Assembly: GCA_021790335.1 (NCBI GenBank)
Contig: JAJYEE010000012.1
Coordinates: 299-64,298, forward strand
DNA from: Pseudomonadota bacterium
GTDB taxonomy: Bacteria; Pseudomonadota; Gammaproteobacteria; Acidiferrobacterales; UBA6901
Length of the DNA: 64,000 nt
Direction: 5' to 3'
Positions 38,270-47,793 of this stretch are shown here, in pieces. The notes below the pieces were generated by a model. It did not search any database and was not told where the DNA came from. It worked only from the letters and a program-made list of their open reading frames with translations. The position numbers and the translations under genes are program-made. How positions within the stretch are numbered: position 1 is the stretch's first letter; each line of letters begins with the position of its first letter.

Positions 38270-41200
38270 ATGAGCAGAATCGACCCGGGTACTCTCGGTT
38301 GGGTCAAGACCGAAATTGACGAGACTCTGAAGCAGGCTCGGCTTGCCTTGGAGGCTTTCGCCGAGAACACGTCAGACGCCACAAGCCTTCGGTTCTGCAA
38401 TACCTATCTGCACCAGGTTGTTGGCACCCTGCAGATGGTGGAACTCGATGGCGCCGCCATGCTGGCGCGCGAGAACGAGGCGCTGGCTCAGTCGATCCTC
38501 GACGGCAAGGTCGAGGCAGGCGCATCGACTTTCGAGGTTCTCGTGCGCGGGGTCCTGTCGTTGCCGGATTATCTCGCCAGGGTCCAGCACGACCAGCCGG
38601 ATGTGCCGCTGCGCCTTCTGCCGATGATCAACGAGCTGCGTGCGGTTCGCGGCGAAGCGCCGCTTGCCGAGCTCGATCTGTTTTCTCCAGACATGACGAT
38701 GCGCCCGCCGGCACAGCCCGGCGAGCGTGTACGGGCAACCGAAGAGGATTTTCGCGCGTATGCACGAGCGCAACGGACCGCGTTTCAGGCGTCAATGCTC
38801 AGCTGGTTGCGCGGGAGCGACGCCGGGACGCATCTCTCCAGAATGTCCGAAGTCCTGGAAAATCTCTGGCACAAAGCCCATCTTGGTTTTATCGAACAAC
38901 TGTTCTGGGTCGCCGGGGGATTTGCGGAGGCGCTTGGTTCGGGCGCCCTGGATACCACGAACGATCGTAAAAAACTTTTCGGCCGACTCGACCAGCAGCT
39001 GAGGAAGCTCATAGACGGAGCCGACAAGGCGCTGCAGCGCGCCAGCGCGGAAGCGCTCACCAAAGCCATGCTGTTCGAACTTGGCGCTGCGAAGTCAAAC
39101 GAAGGTCGCACGGGCGAAATCAAGCGTGCCTTCGATCTTGATGTACTGTTCGGCGCAAATGCAGGCGCGGCTACCCCGTCGTCCGAACTTTACGACCTGC
39201 CGACGCCCGAGGCGTTGCAGGCCATTTCCGAAGCGATCGGCAAGGAGATACAGTCAGCCCAGGAAATGCTTTCGGCGTATTTCGATTCCGGAGAGGGTGA
39301 GGAAAACCCGCTCGGTCCGCTGATCGAGCTGTTGCAGCGGATGTCCGGTACGCTCGGAATGCTAGGCGTCGGGGTCCTCAGGATTCTGGTCGACGAACTG
39401 ACAGAAGCAGCGCGGGCGCTCGACTCCGGCCGGATCAAACGCTCCGAAGCGGTGGCAATGCCAATGGCCGGAGCGCTGTTGCTCATCGAAAGCAGTGCCC
39501 GTGATTTCCACAGGCTCGGACCGGTATGGACGGAGCACGTGGAGGAGGCGATCAGCCGCCTGCGCAATCTGCACACCCCAGGGCAGGAGCTGCCGGTCGA
39601 CGGAATCGAGATTTCAGATGCGGGCCTGACCGATGCCGAGTTCAGGCAGCTCCTGCATGTCGTATCGGGCGAGATACGCGTCAATCTCGGCAAGGTCGAG
39701 GAGATGCTCGAGACCTTCGCGGCAACGCCGGAGCGTCTGGAATTGCTGCATCCAATTCCACAGCACCTCAGCCAGATCCAGGGAGCTTTGCAGATTCTCG
39801 GTCAGGACCGGGCTGCCCAGTTGACCGCTGCCGCCGGCCAGTATGTCCAGGAGATGCATGCCGGCGCAGTGGCGGAAAGTGCCATGCTCGACGCGCTGGC
39901 CGTGGCGGTCGGCACGATCGGCGCCTACGTTGAAGGATTGGAACGTGGGCGTCCGAACCTTGAAGCGCTGCTCGACGTGGCATGGCGCGACCTCGATGCG
40001 GCACGAACAGGCAAGCGGTTGCAGGCGGGGAGCGCCGGGACACTGGTTGCAGAGGTGGAGAAAGCCCTTGGCGTTTGGCTCGCGGATCCGGCGGAGCCCG
40101 GGGTCCGGGCCGTCCTGCAGGATAACCTGCGTCAGATTGCTCATATGGCCGGGCGTCGATCGCAAGACAGAATTGAGCGCCTGTGCAGCGAGATGGACAG
40201 CCTGCTGGGAATCGTCGGCGCAGATCCGGGACGGTTTTCCGCCGAGATCAGGGAGACGCTTGAACAGTCGGCACAAATGCTTTCGAGCCTGGTGCGCCAG
40301 CACCTGGGGGCCGATTCCGGGATCGCATCCGAGTCCGGAGCGGGAGTCCGCACAGACCAGGGGGACATCGCGCTCGAGCACTCCGAACGAATACCGGCAC
40401 AGGTACCTGTGCCGGTACCGGCACCTAGCCGATCCGCGCCGCAATTGCCTTCCGGCCTGGAAGATCTCGACGAGGAGATCATGCAAATCTTCGTCGAGGA
40501 TGCACGCGAAATAATTCAGGTGATCGACAGGACGCTTCCCGAATGGCGCGCCAACCCGGACAACCGGGACGCGCTGCTGGAGCTGCGCCGTGCCTTCCAT
40601 ACGCTCAAGGGCAGCGGTCGCATGGTCGGCGCATCGGTGATCGCGGAGCTCGGGTGGGCCGTGGAGAATATGCTCAACCGGGTGCGCGAGGAAAAGATCC
40701 GGCATTCGGACCAGATTTTCGAGCTTCTGTTCGAGGTTCAGAGGACGCTACCGGTCATGGTGGCGCAACTTGAAGGCGGGCCTGCGCCGCAAGCCGATAT
40801 CGATGCCCTGCGTAATCGCGCGGATGCGCTGGCAAGCAACAGTGTCGCCGGTGTGACGGTTACCGCTCCTCCGGAACCGTTGGCTGGAATCGAGGTCAGC
40901 GAGGAGTCGGAGGAGACCTCGCCACCGGTAGCCGTGACTCAGGGAGCCGCCACCGCCAATGCCGGAACCCTTGTGACGCTCGACCCGGTGCTCGTCCAGA
41001 TTTTTTCCACCGAGACCCGCGGCCATCTGGCGACGATCGCAGGCGTCGTCGAAGCATCGCGCACGTCCGCTTCGGTCATGGTTTCAGAGCCGCTGCTGCG
41101 AGCAGCACATACGCTTTCGGGCAGCGCGCGCGCGGTAGGTCTGCGGCTAATGTCCGACTGCTGCGCAGAACTGGAAAAGCTGCTGAAGGCATACGAAAAC

Positions 41201-44107
41201 CACCACCATCCGTTAAGCGCCACGACGCTCGGTTTGTTGACGGAATCGGCGGGCGCTGTTTCGGTGCTGGTCGAAGCCCTGAACCACGGTGCGCCGGCGG
41301 ATGCACTGCAGCAACGGTTCATCGATCTGACGCACGCCATAAGTGTGGAGATCCAGCACCTCGCTTCACTTGACGCCGCTGCGCATGAAAGCGGTGCTGC
41401 GGCGCATCATGTGCCCGCAGCAGAGCATGCCGAATCGAAGGCTTCGGGCCTGGTCAGGGCCGAAGCGCCTTCGAAATCCGCTGAATCCGCGCCGCCGGTG
41501 GCTGAGGAGGAAGCAGTCGTGGAGCAGACCGATCCGGAGCTGCTCGAGATCTTCCTTGAAGAAGCGGCGGACATCCTATCCGCCATTGGGGATGCGTTGA
41601 CGCGCTGGCGCCAGGACCGCGCTGATGCCGCCGCTGTGCAGGATCTGAAGCGTTCGTTGCATACCTTGAAGGGCGGGGCGCGCATGGCAGGGGCCATGAC
41701 CATGGGTGCACTGAGTCACAATACTGAGAGTCTGCTCAAGGAAGTCGAGGACCGGCGTATTGAATCGGGGACGGAACTTCTCGACCTCCTGGACGAAGTT
41801 CACGATGCGCTGATTACGATGGTCGATCAGATGCAGAGCCGTCGACCCGTTTCCGGCGTCGCCCAGCTGACAGCCAAAATAACGGCGATGGTCAAGGGTG
41901 AAGCGGTGGCGCAGCCGCAGCAGACAATTGCGGCTCCGCCGTCGGCGATCATCGGGGTGGGGCCGGTGCCCGGGCGTGCAGATGATGAGTTGACCGTGAT
42001 CTCCGGCGGTGTCGCAGGGGCGCAGGCCGTCGAGCAGCTGCAGCCAATAGCCGTAGTGGAGCAGGTCGTGGTACCGAAGCCGTTAGCGATACCGGAGCCG
42101 CCTGTGGCGCCGGAGCTGGAACCCGAAGCGGAACCGCAATTCGAAGCACAAGAGGAACTCGTGGCGGAGCCGGCGATGGATTCGGCCGATGCGGTGGCCG
42201 TTTCAACAGGCGCAGACATTTTGGAGCGGCGTGCCGAGCCCGTTGAATCGTTCGATACCGGCTCCGAATCTGCCGACCGCCGCGGCCAGATCAAGGTGCG
42301 GACCAGCCTGCTCAGCAGGTTGGTGAACTACGCGGGTGAAGTGAGCATATCGCGTTCGCGCATGCAGCAGCAGATCTACGGATTCCGTGAGAACCTGGCG
42401 GAGTTGAACCGCAATGTAACCAGGTTCCGGGACCAGATCCGCGAACTGGAGATCCATTCGGAATCACAGATCCTTTATCGTGCGGAACAGAGTCTTTCGA
42501 GCGCTGGATCCGAGTTCGATCCGCTCGAATTCGACCGTTTTTCCCGCCTGCAGCATCTTTCGCGCGGTTTGGCGGAGAGCCTGCACGATCTTTATACCAT
42601 CCAGTCCAGTATGGACACATTTGTCGGTGAGGCCGAAACCGTGTTGCAGCAGCAGGCGCGCGTCAATACCGAACTGCAGGAGGGACTCATGCGGACACGC
42701 ATGATCAGTTTCTCCACCCAGGCCGCCCGGTTGCGTCATATCGTCCGGCAGACAGCACGCGAGCTCGGAAAACGTGTCGAGCTGCAGCTCAGCGGAGCGG
42801 AGGTCGAAGTGGACCGCACAGTGCTGGAGCGCATGATCGGTCCGTTCGAACACATGATCCGCAACGCCATTGACCATGGCATTGAGGACGAGACGGCACG
42901 CAGGCGCCTCGGCAAGCCGGCGATCGCCAAGATCAGCATCGATACGCGCCACGAAGGAAGTGAAATCGCGATTCGGTTCGCGGATGACGGCGCGGGTCTG
43001 AACATCGCGGCCATTCGTACGAAGGCCATCGAGCGCGGCTTGATGGCCCCGGACGCAGTCCTGTCGGACGAGGAGCTGATGCAGTTCATACTGGTCTCCG
43101 GATTTTCGACCGCCAGCAGGGTTACCCATCTTTCCGGCCGTGGCGTGGGGATGGATGTGGTGCACAATGAGATCAAGCAGCTTGGCGGCAGCATAACCGT
43201 GGACACCAGGAAGGGGCAGGGAACGACATTCATTATCCGCCTGCCGCTGACGCTTTCCATCGCCCAGGCCCTGATGGTGCATGTCGGCGAACATTTATTT
43301 GCCGTGCCGCTCGCTTCGGTCGTGAATATTCTCGAAGTGCCAGTCGAAGAGATCAACAGTATCTCGGGAGCTGCGAAGCCGCTGCTGAACCATCAAGACC
43401 AGGCTTATCCATTCATGCACCTCGCCGCACGTCTCGGGATTCAGGCACAGCCGCGTTCGACCAGGAAGGTGCCCGTATTGCTCACGCGCAGCGGATCGCG
43501 GCAGATGGCCATGCAGGTCGATGCGCTTGCAGGTACCCAGGAGGTGGTAATCAAATCGGTCGGACCGCAACTGAGCCGAATCGCCGGCCTGTCAGGTGCC
43601 ACCATTCTTGGGGACGGGCGGGTGATTCTTATCCTGGATGTCCCTGGTTTGTGGCTGACGGAAGAGCGCCTGCACGTAGTGGCTCGCAGTCAACCTCAGG
43701 AACCGGCGCCCGTAGAGCGCCCACCGCTTATAATGGTCGTTGACGATTCGATTACAGTGCGCAAGGTGACTAGCCGTCATCTGCAGAAGCACAACATGGA
43801 TGTCCTGGCTGCGAAGGACGGCATCGAGGCTCTCGAGAAGCTGCGTGATCAGGTTCCGGATCTGATGCTGGTCGACATCGAAATGCCGCGCATGGATGGG
43901 TATGAGCTTACTTCCAACGTCCGTTCAGATCCGTTGCTCAAGCACGTACCGATTATCATGATTACCTCGCGTGCCGGCTCCAAGCACCGCGACCGGGCGT
44001 TGCAGCTCGGGGTTAATCTCTATATGACCAAGCCTTATCAGGAAGACGAGCTGCTTGCCAATATCCGGTTGTTGCTTCCGCGCCCCCAATCCTATGACGT
44101 GGCGTGA
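38270..44107 (+). CDS. chpA: ChpA/PilL hybrid CheA-type histidine kinase, 1945 aa (multi-Hpt, HATPase, CheW, receiver)
   Basis: Canonical Hpt motifs FHTLKGS (His codon 40598-40600), AHTLSGS (41108-41110) and LHTLKGG (41660-41662). N-box HMIRNAIDHG, G1 DDGAGL, G2 GRGVGMD. CheW-like domain. C-terminal receiver VVDDS..DIEMPRMDG..TKP. Confidence 0.9.
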   Translation: MSRIDPGTLGWVKTEIDETLKQARLALEAFAENTSDATSLRFCNTYLHQVVGTLQMVELDGAAMLARENEALAQSILDGKVEAGASTFEVLVRGVLSLPDYLARVQHDQPDVPLRLLPMINELRAVRGEAPLAELDLFSPDMTMRPPAQPGERVRATEEDFRAYARAQRTAFQASMLSWLRGSDAGTHLSRMSEVLENLWHKAHLGFIEQLFWVAGGFAEALGSGALDTTNDRKKLFGRLDQQLRKLIDGADKALQRASAEALTKAMLFELGAAKSNEGRTGEIKRAFDLDVLFGANAGAATPSSELYDLPTPEALQAISEAIGKEIQSAQEMLSAYFDSGEGEENPLGPLIELLQRMSGTLGMLGVGVLRILVDELTEAARALDSGRIKRSEAVAMPMAGALLLIESSARDFHRLGPVWTEHVEEAISRLRNLHTPGQELPVDGIEISDAGLTDAEFRQLLHVVSGEIRVNLGKVEEMLETFAATPERLELLHPIPQHLSQIQGALQILGQDRAAQLTAAAGQYVQEMHAGAVAESAMLDALAVAVGTIGAYVEGLERGRPNLEALLDVAWRDLDAARTGKRLQAGSAGTLVAEVEKALGVWLADPAEPGVRAVLQDNLRQIAHMAGRRSQDRIERLCSEMDSLLGIVGADPGRFSAEIRETLEQSAQMLSSLVRQHLGADSGIASESGAGVRTDQGDIALEHSERIPAQVPVPVPAPSRSAPQLPSGLEDLDEEIMQIFVEDAREIIQVIDRTLPEWRANPDNRDALLELRRAFHTLKGSGRMVGASVIAELGWAVENMLNRVREEKIRHSDQIFELLFEVQRTLPVMVAQLEGGPAPQADIDALRNRADALASNSVAGVTVTAPPEPLAGIEVSEESEETSPPVAVTQGAATANAGTLVTLDPVLVQIFSTETRGHLATIAGVVEASRTSASVMVSEPLLRAAHTLSGSARAVGLRLMSDCCAELEKLLKAYENHHHPLSATTLGLLTESAGAVSVLVEALNHGAPADALQQRFIDLTHAISVEIQHLASLDAAAHESGAAAHHVPAAEHAESKASGLVRAEAPSKSAESAPPVAEEEAVVEQTDPELLEIFLEEAADILSAIGDALTRWRQDRADAAAVQDLKRSLHTLKGGARMAGAMTMGALSHNTESLLKEVEDRRIESGTELLDLLDEVHDALITMVDQMQSRRPVSGVAQLTAKITAMVKGEAVAQPQQTIAAPPSAIIGVGPVPGRADDELTVISGGVAGAQAVEQLQPIAVVEQVVVPKPLAIPEPPVAPELEPEAEPQFEAQEELVAEPAMDSADAVAVSTGADILERRAEPVESFDTGSESADRRGQIKVRTSLLSRLVNYAGEVSISRSRMQQQIYGFRENLAELNRNVTRFRDQIRELEIHSESQILYRAEQSLSSAGSEFDPLEFDRFSRLQHLSRGLAESLHDLYTIQSSMDTFVGEAETVLQQQARVNTELQEGLMRTRMISFSTQAARLRHIVRQTARELGKRVELQLSGAEVEVDRTVLERMIGPFEHMIRNAIDHGIEDETARRRLGKPAIAKISIDTRHEGSEIAIRFADDGAGLNIAAIRTKAIERGLMAPDAVLSDEELMQFILVSGFSTASRVTHLSGRGVGMDVVHNEIKQLGGSITVDTRKGQGTTFIIRLPLTLSIAQALMVHVGEHLFAVPLASVVNILEVPVEEINSISGAAKPLLNHQDQAYPFMHLAARLGIQAQPRSTRKVPVLLTRSGSRQMAMQVDALAGTQEVVIKSVGPQLSRIAGLSGATILGDGRVILILDVPGLWLTEERLHVVARSQPQEPAPVERPPLIMVVDDSITVRKVTSRHLQKHNMDVLAAKDGIEALEKLRDQVPDLMLVDIEMPRMDGYELTSNVRSDPLLKHVPIIMITSRAGSKHRDRALQLGVNLYMTKPYQEDELLANIRLLLPRPQSYDVA

Positions 44108-44174
44108 GGACGGCTGTCTGCATCAGCGGCGATGCAGCTATGCGCTGCAGCCGTCGGGTCAGGGAGAACGCTGA

Positions 44175-44618
44175 GTGGCCGGCGAGAACGAGTACCTGCG
44201 CATAGACTTCGGGGGCGCCGCCTTTTTGCTCCCGGGTCGTGCAAGCCTTGCTGTAGAGCAGCGCGAGAATCTTTTGGTTAACGAAGGTGGTGGTGCCGTC
44301 GGCGCATGGCGGGCCGCAGGCAAGGATCGCTGGCCGGCGTTTTGTCTTGACCGGAATCTGCAGCTGCTTTCCGGAGGTGGCTGGCAGTGGGCCGTGTTTC
44401 TCCAGTTTGACCCGCATCCTGTCGGCTTGGTTGCCGATGAAGTACAGCTGTTGCCGGGGTCCGAGGTGCTGGTGGAATCCTTCACTCCGCCCGGAACTGC
44501 CCCAACGCGCAAGGGACACCTGTTTTGCGGTGCTTCGGTCGGTGGCGGGCAGGTGCTGTTTGAGTTCGACCCCAATGTCCTGGCGGCCTTGCTGTACCAG
44601 CTAGAGGCCACGCAATGA
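44175..44618 (+). CDS. highly divergent CheW-like protein (tentative)
   Basis: Weak CheW-like pattern (FLLPGRASLAV...VGLVADEVQLL). Overlaps the next gene by ATGA. Sits downstream of chpA. Confidence 0.5.
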   Translation: MAGENEYLRIDFGGAAFLLPGRASLAVEQRENLLVNEGGGAVGAWRAAGKDRWPAFCLDRNLQLLSGGGWQWAVFLQFDPHPVGLVADEVQLLPGSEVLVESFTPPGTAPTRKGHLFCGASVGGGQVLFEFDPNVLAALLYQLEATQ

Positions 44619-45103
44619 GCAGTCCAACTGTACAGCCGCTGCATGCTCTCGAGATACCGACCCGGGCTCTGTCGCTGCTTGTTCCGAGTGCTTGCGTCGC
44701 TGAGGTGGTGTCGCATTGCGCACTCGCGGCGCTTCCGCTCGGCCCGGAGTGGGTCCTGGGTGTCATGGGATGGCGTTCGAAGCCGGTCTCCGTGATTTCC
44801 CTGGAGGCCGTGATGGGCAGGATTGCAGGTTCTCCTGACCCGTTGCCGGATCCAAACACCGGGCCGCGACGGCGCGGCAACCGCAAGATTGTTGTATTCT
44901 ATCCCTTGCCGGGTCGGAAGCCGTGGGAATTTTTCGGTATTGTCACCTGTGCCGAGCCGCAATCGCACGTGGTCGATAGTGCCGCCCTCGCCAGTGCTGT
45001 CGACACCCCGAACAGCGGGATCATCGCCATGACCGTTCAGCTCGGCAATTCCGTGATGGCCATTCCGGACATGGGCGCGCTCGCAGCGGTGTTGTATCCC
45101 TGA
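44615..45103 (+). CDS. CheW-like protein (ChpC-like)
   Basis: EWVLGVMGWRSKPVSVISLEAV and FFGIVTCAEPQSHVV resemble the CheW core. Confidence 0.65.
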   Translation: MSSPTVQPLHALEIPTRALSLLVPSACVAEVVSHCALAALPLGPEWVLGVMGWRSKPVSVISLEAVMGRIAGSPDPLPDPNTGPRRRGNRKIVVFYPLPGRKPWEFFGIVTCAEPQSHVVDSAALASAVDTPNSGIIAMTVQLGNSVMAIPDMGALAAVLYP

Positions 45104-45172
45104 CCCTGCGCAGCGTGCCCGGCTGCACGACGGCGAGGCCGTGCAACCCCGGCCGTGCAGAACACCGCAGCT

Positions 45173-46522
45173 TCAGATTTCAGTTGCCATTTCGATTCCT
45201 TCCAGCGCAATTGCGCCCAGGAGTTCAATCTCTTCCGGGGTGATTACGTACGGTGGCATGAAGTAAATGACGTCTCCCAGAGGGCGCAAAATGGCGCCAC
45301 GCTTAAGGGCGTGGCGGTACACCAGTCGGCCTCGCCTCTCCTGCCAGGGGTAGGGTTCCCGGGCCTTGCCGTTCTTCGCCATTTCAACAGCGGCGATCAT
45401 GCCGGTTTGACGCACCTCGCCCACATGCGGGTGCTCGGCGAGCGGCGCGATGGCGCGTGCCATGTGTGCGGCAAGCGTCCGATTCCAATTCAGGACGTCG
45501 TCATCACGAAAAATGTCGAGCGTGGCGAGCGCCGCCGCACAAGCAAGCGGGTTTCCGGTGTAGCTGTGAGAATGGAGAAACGCCCGCTGTGCGGTGTATT
45601 CGGCATAGAAGGCCGCATATATGTCATCGCTTGTCAGGCACGCGGAAAGCGGTAGATAGCCTCCGGTCAATCCCTTGCCAACGCACAGAATATCCGGACG
45701 TATGCCGGCTTGCTCGCAGGCAAACATCGTTCCGGTGCGTCCGAAACCGACGGCAATCTCGTCGGCGATGAGGTGAACTCCATGCTCATTGCAGGCCTGT
45801 CGCAGAAGCTGGAGATAGACCGGGTCGTACATGCGCATTCCCCCGGCGCATTGCACCAGCGGTTCGACGATCACCGCACAGACCTGATTTGCGTGCTGTT
45901 CGAGCGCCTGACGCATGGGCTCAATCATGCGCCGTGAAAAATCCGCGCAAGACTCACCTGCTTCGCGCAGGTAGCAGTCGGGCGACGGTACCGTGATATT
46001 TTTTTGTAGCAATGGCTCGTAGGTTTCGCGGTACAGCGCGACATCTCCCACCGACAGCGCGCCCAAGGTTTCGCCATGATAGCCGTTGCTCAGGCCGATG
46101 AACCGCGTCCGTTCCGGGTGGCCGCAATTGCGCCAGTAGTGAAAGCTCATTTTCAGAGCTACTTCAACCGCAGCCGAACCGCTGTCGGCGTAAAAACAAT
46201 GGCCGAGGCCAGCCGGTGCAATTGCCGTCAGGCGCTCGGAAAGCTCTATGATGGGCTGGTGGGTGAATCCCGCCAGAATGACCTGCTCCAGGGATGCGAG
46301 TTGCGACGATATTGCAGTGTTGATGCGCGGGTTGGCGTGGCCAAAGAGATTGACCCACCAGGAACTGATGGCGTCAATGTAGCGTCGCCCGTCGAAATCC
46401 TCCAGCCAGACGCCGTATCCGGACCTTATCGGGATGGGCGGCAGGTACTCGTGATCCTTCATCTGGGTGCAGGGATGCCAGAGTACCGCAAGATCTCGCT
46501 TGACCAGGGACGCGTTACGCAT
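45173..46522 (-). CDS. bioA: adenosylmethionine-8-amino-7-oxononanoate aminotransferase
   Basis: LWHPCTQMKDH, SSWWVNLFGH, DEIAVGFGRTGT and GKGLTGGYLP motifs of class-III aminotransferase BioA. Internal ATG at 46522. Confidence 0.9.
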   Translation of the reverse strand: MRNASLVKRDLAVLWHPCTQMKDHEYLPPIPIRSGYGVWLEDFDGRRYIDAISSWWVNLFGHANPRINTAISSQLASLEQVILAGFTHQPIIELSERLTAIAPAGLGHCFYADSGSAAVEVALKMSFHYWRNCGHPERTRFIGLSNGYHGETLGALSVGDVALYRETYEPLLQKNITVPSPDCYLREAGESCADFSRRMIEPMRQALEQHANQVCAVIVEPLVQCAGGMRMYDPVYLQLLRQACNEHGVHLIADEIAVGFGRTGTMFACEQAGIRPDILCVGKGLTGGYLPLSACLTSDDIYAAFYAEYTAQRAFLHSHSYTGNPLACAAALATLDIFRDDDVLNWNRTLAAHMARAIAPLAEHPHVGEVRQTGMIAAVEMAKNGKAREPYPWQERRGRLVYRHALKRGAILRPLGDVIYFMPPYVITPEEIELLGAIALEGIEMATEI

Positions 46523-46805
46523 CGGTTCAAGATACAAGATCGACGATATTGCATACAAGTACTGACTCCTCCATCCAACACCGTAGCCCGCCACTTCAGC
46601 CTCTGAAGCCGGTTCCGGCATATTGAATTGACAGCGATGACCGAGCCCGGTCAGGCAGACGGTCGGGCAACTTTCAACGCCGGAGCGGCGGAATCGTGTG
46701 CATGTCCCGGCTTGGGGTGCCGGTACCCGTTGCGTTTGGGTCGCACCTCTGCTGTGATGATGCAAGCCGCCAATTGCGGGTAGGCAATGCAAGGAGGTTA
46801 TTACC

Positions 46806-47366
46806 ATGGTGCGCACTGAAACGCCCGTGTGCGATTTCGGCCGGCCGGCGCCGGATTTCGCCCTGAGGGGAGTCGACGGGAAGATATGGACCCTGGCTGC
46901 AAGCCGCGGCGAGAACGGCCTGCTCGTCATGTTCATTTGTAATCATTGCCCGTACGTCAAGGCGGTACGTGATCGAATAATCCGCGATACCCGGGAGCTC
47001 CAGGGTATCGGGATCAACAGCATCGCGATCATGTCCAATGATCCCACGGACTATCCCGAGGATTCGTTTGACAATATGCAGCGCATTGCACGGGAGTTCG
47101 ATTTTCCGTTTCCCTATGTCTACGACGAGACACAGGAGGTTGCCAAAGCGTACGGCGCCGTCTGCACTCCGGACTTCTTCGGGTACAACAAGGAACTGAA
47201 ACTTCAGTTTCGGGGACGTCTGGATGAATCGCGCAAGGACCCGGTGCCGGGGGCGCGTCGCGAGCTTTTTGAGGCAATGAAGCAGATCGCCCAGACCGGC
47301 AAAGGACCGGCAGACCAGATCCCGAGCATTGGCTGTTCCATTAAGTGGATCAAGGAACCGGCCTGA
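46806..47366 (+). CDS. thioredoxin-fold AhpC/TSA-like protein (CxxC = CNHC)
   Basis: AAGGAGG RBS. PAPDFAL.G.DGK...LLVMFICNHCPYV pattern. Confidence 0.8.
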   Translation: MVRTETPVCDFGRPAPDFALRGVDGKIWTLAASRGENGLLVMFICNHCPYVKAVRDRIIRDTRELQGIGINSIAIMSNDPTDYPEDSFDNMQRIAREFDFPFPYVYDETQEVAKAYGAVCTPDFFGYNKELKLQFRGRLDESRKDPVPGARRELFEAMKQIAQTGKGPADQIPSIGCSIKWIKEPA

Positions 47367-47375
47367 TTCTTCGTC

Positions 47376-47783
47376 ATGGCTGAGGAGGTGTTCTTCCGGC
47401 CGCAGGAGCTTGAGCGCACATCGCGCTGCCTGCCCGGGGCCAACTACAACCTTATTTACCGGCTGTTCCGGCGTGCAGCCACTGATTGTCTGTTCGTGCC
47501 GATCCGAAATATGCAATATCTGGCGGTCGTGGATGAAGAAGAAGTAATTTTTTCTGACGGCGCGGGCGACCGCTCGATAGAACTGGCATGGCAGAATTTC
47601 CGTCCGCAGGCACGTGACGCATTGACCGATTCGGTCCCGTATGAGGCAGTCTACTACGCGACTGGCGCGTCACGGACGATGCTTCGTCTGCAGGGTGAGT
47701 TCCACCGAGCGTTGATTGAACTGGAACGCAAGTGCACAGCCGCACGGCCCGCCGGCGCACGGATTGTCAAAATGCCCCGCTAG
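47376..47783 (+). CDS. hypothetical protein (135 aa)
   Basis: Tight spacing: 9 nt after the previous stop and 10 nt before the next start. Natural composition. No family recognised. Confidence 0.55.
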   Translation: MAEEVFFRPQELERTSRCLPGANYNLIYRLFRRAATDCLFVPIRNMQYLAVVDEEEVIFSDGAGDRSIELAWQNFRPQARDALTDSVPYEAVYYATGASRTMLRLQGEFHRALIELERKCTAARPAGARIVKMPR

Positions 47784-47793
47784 GAGCACCCGC

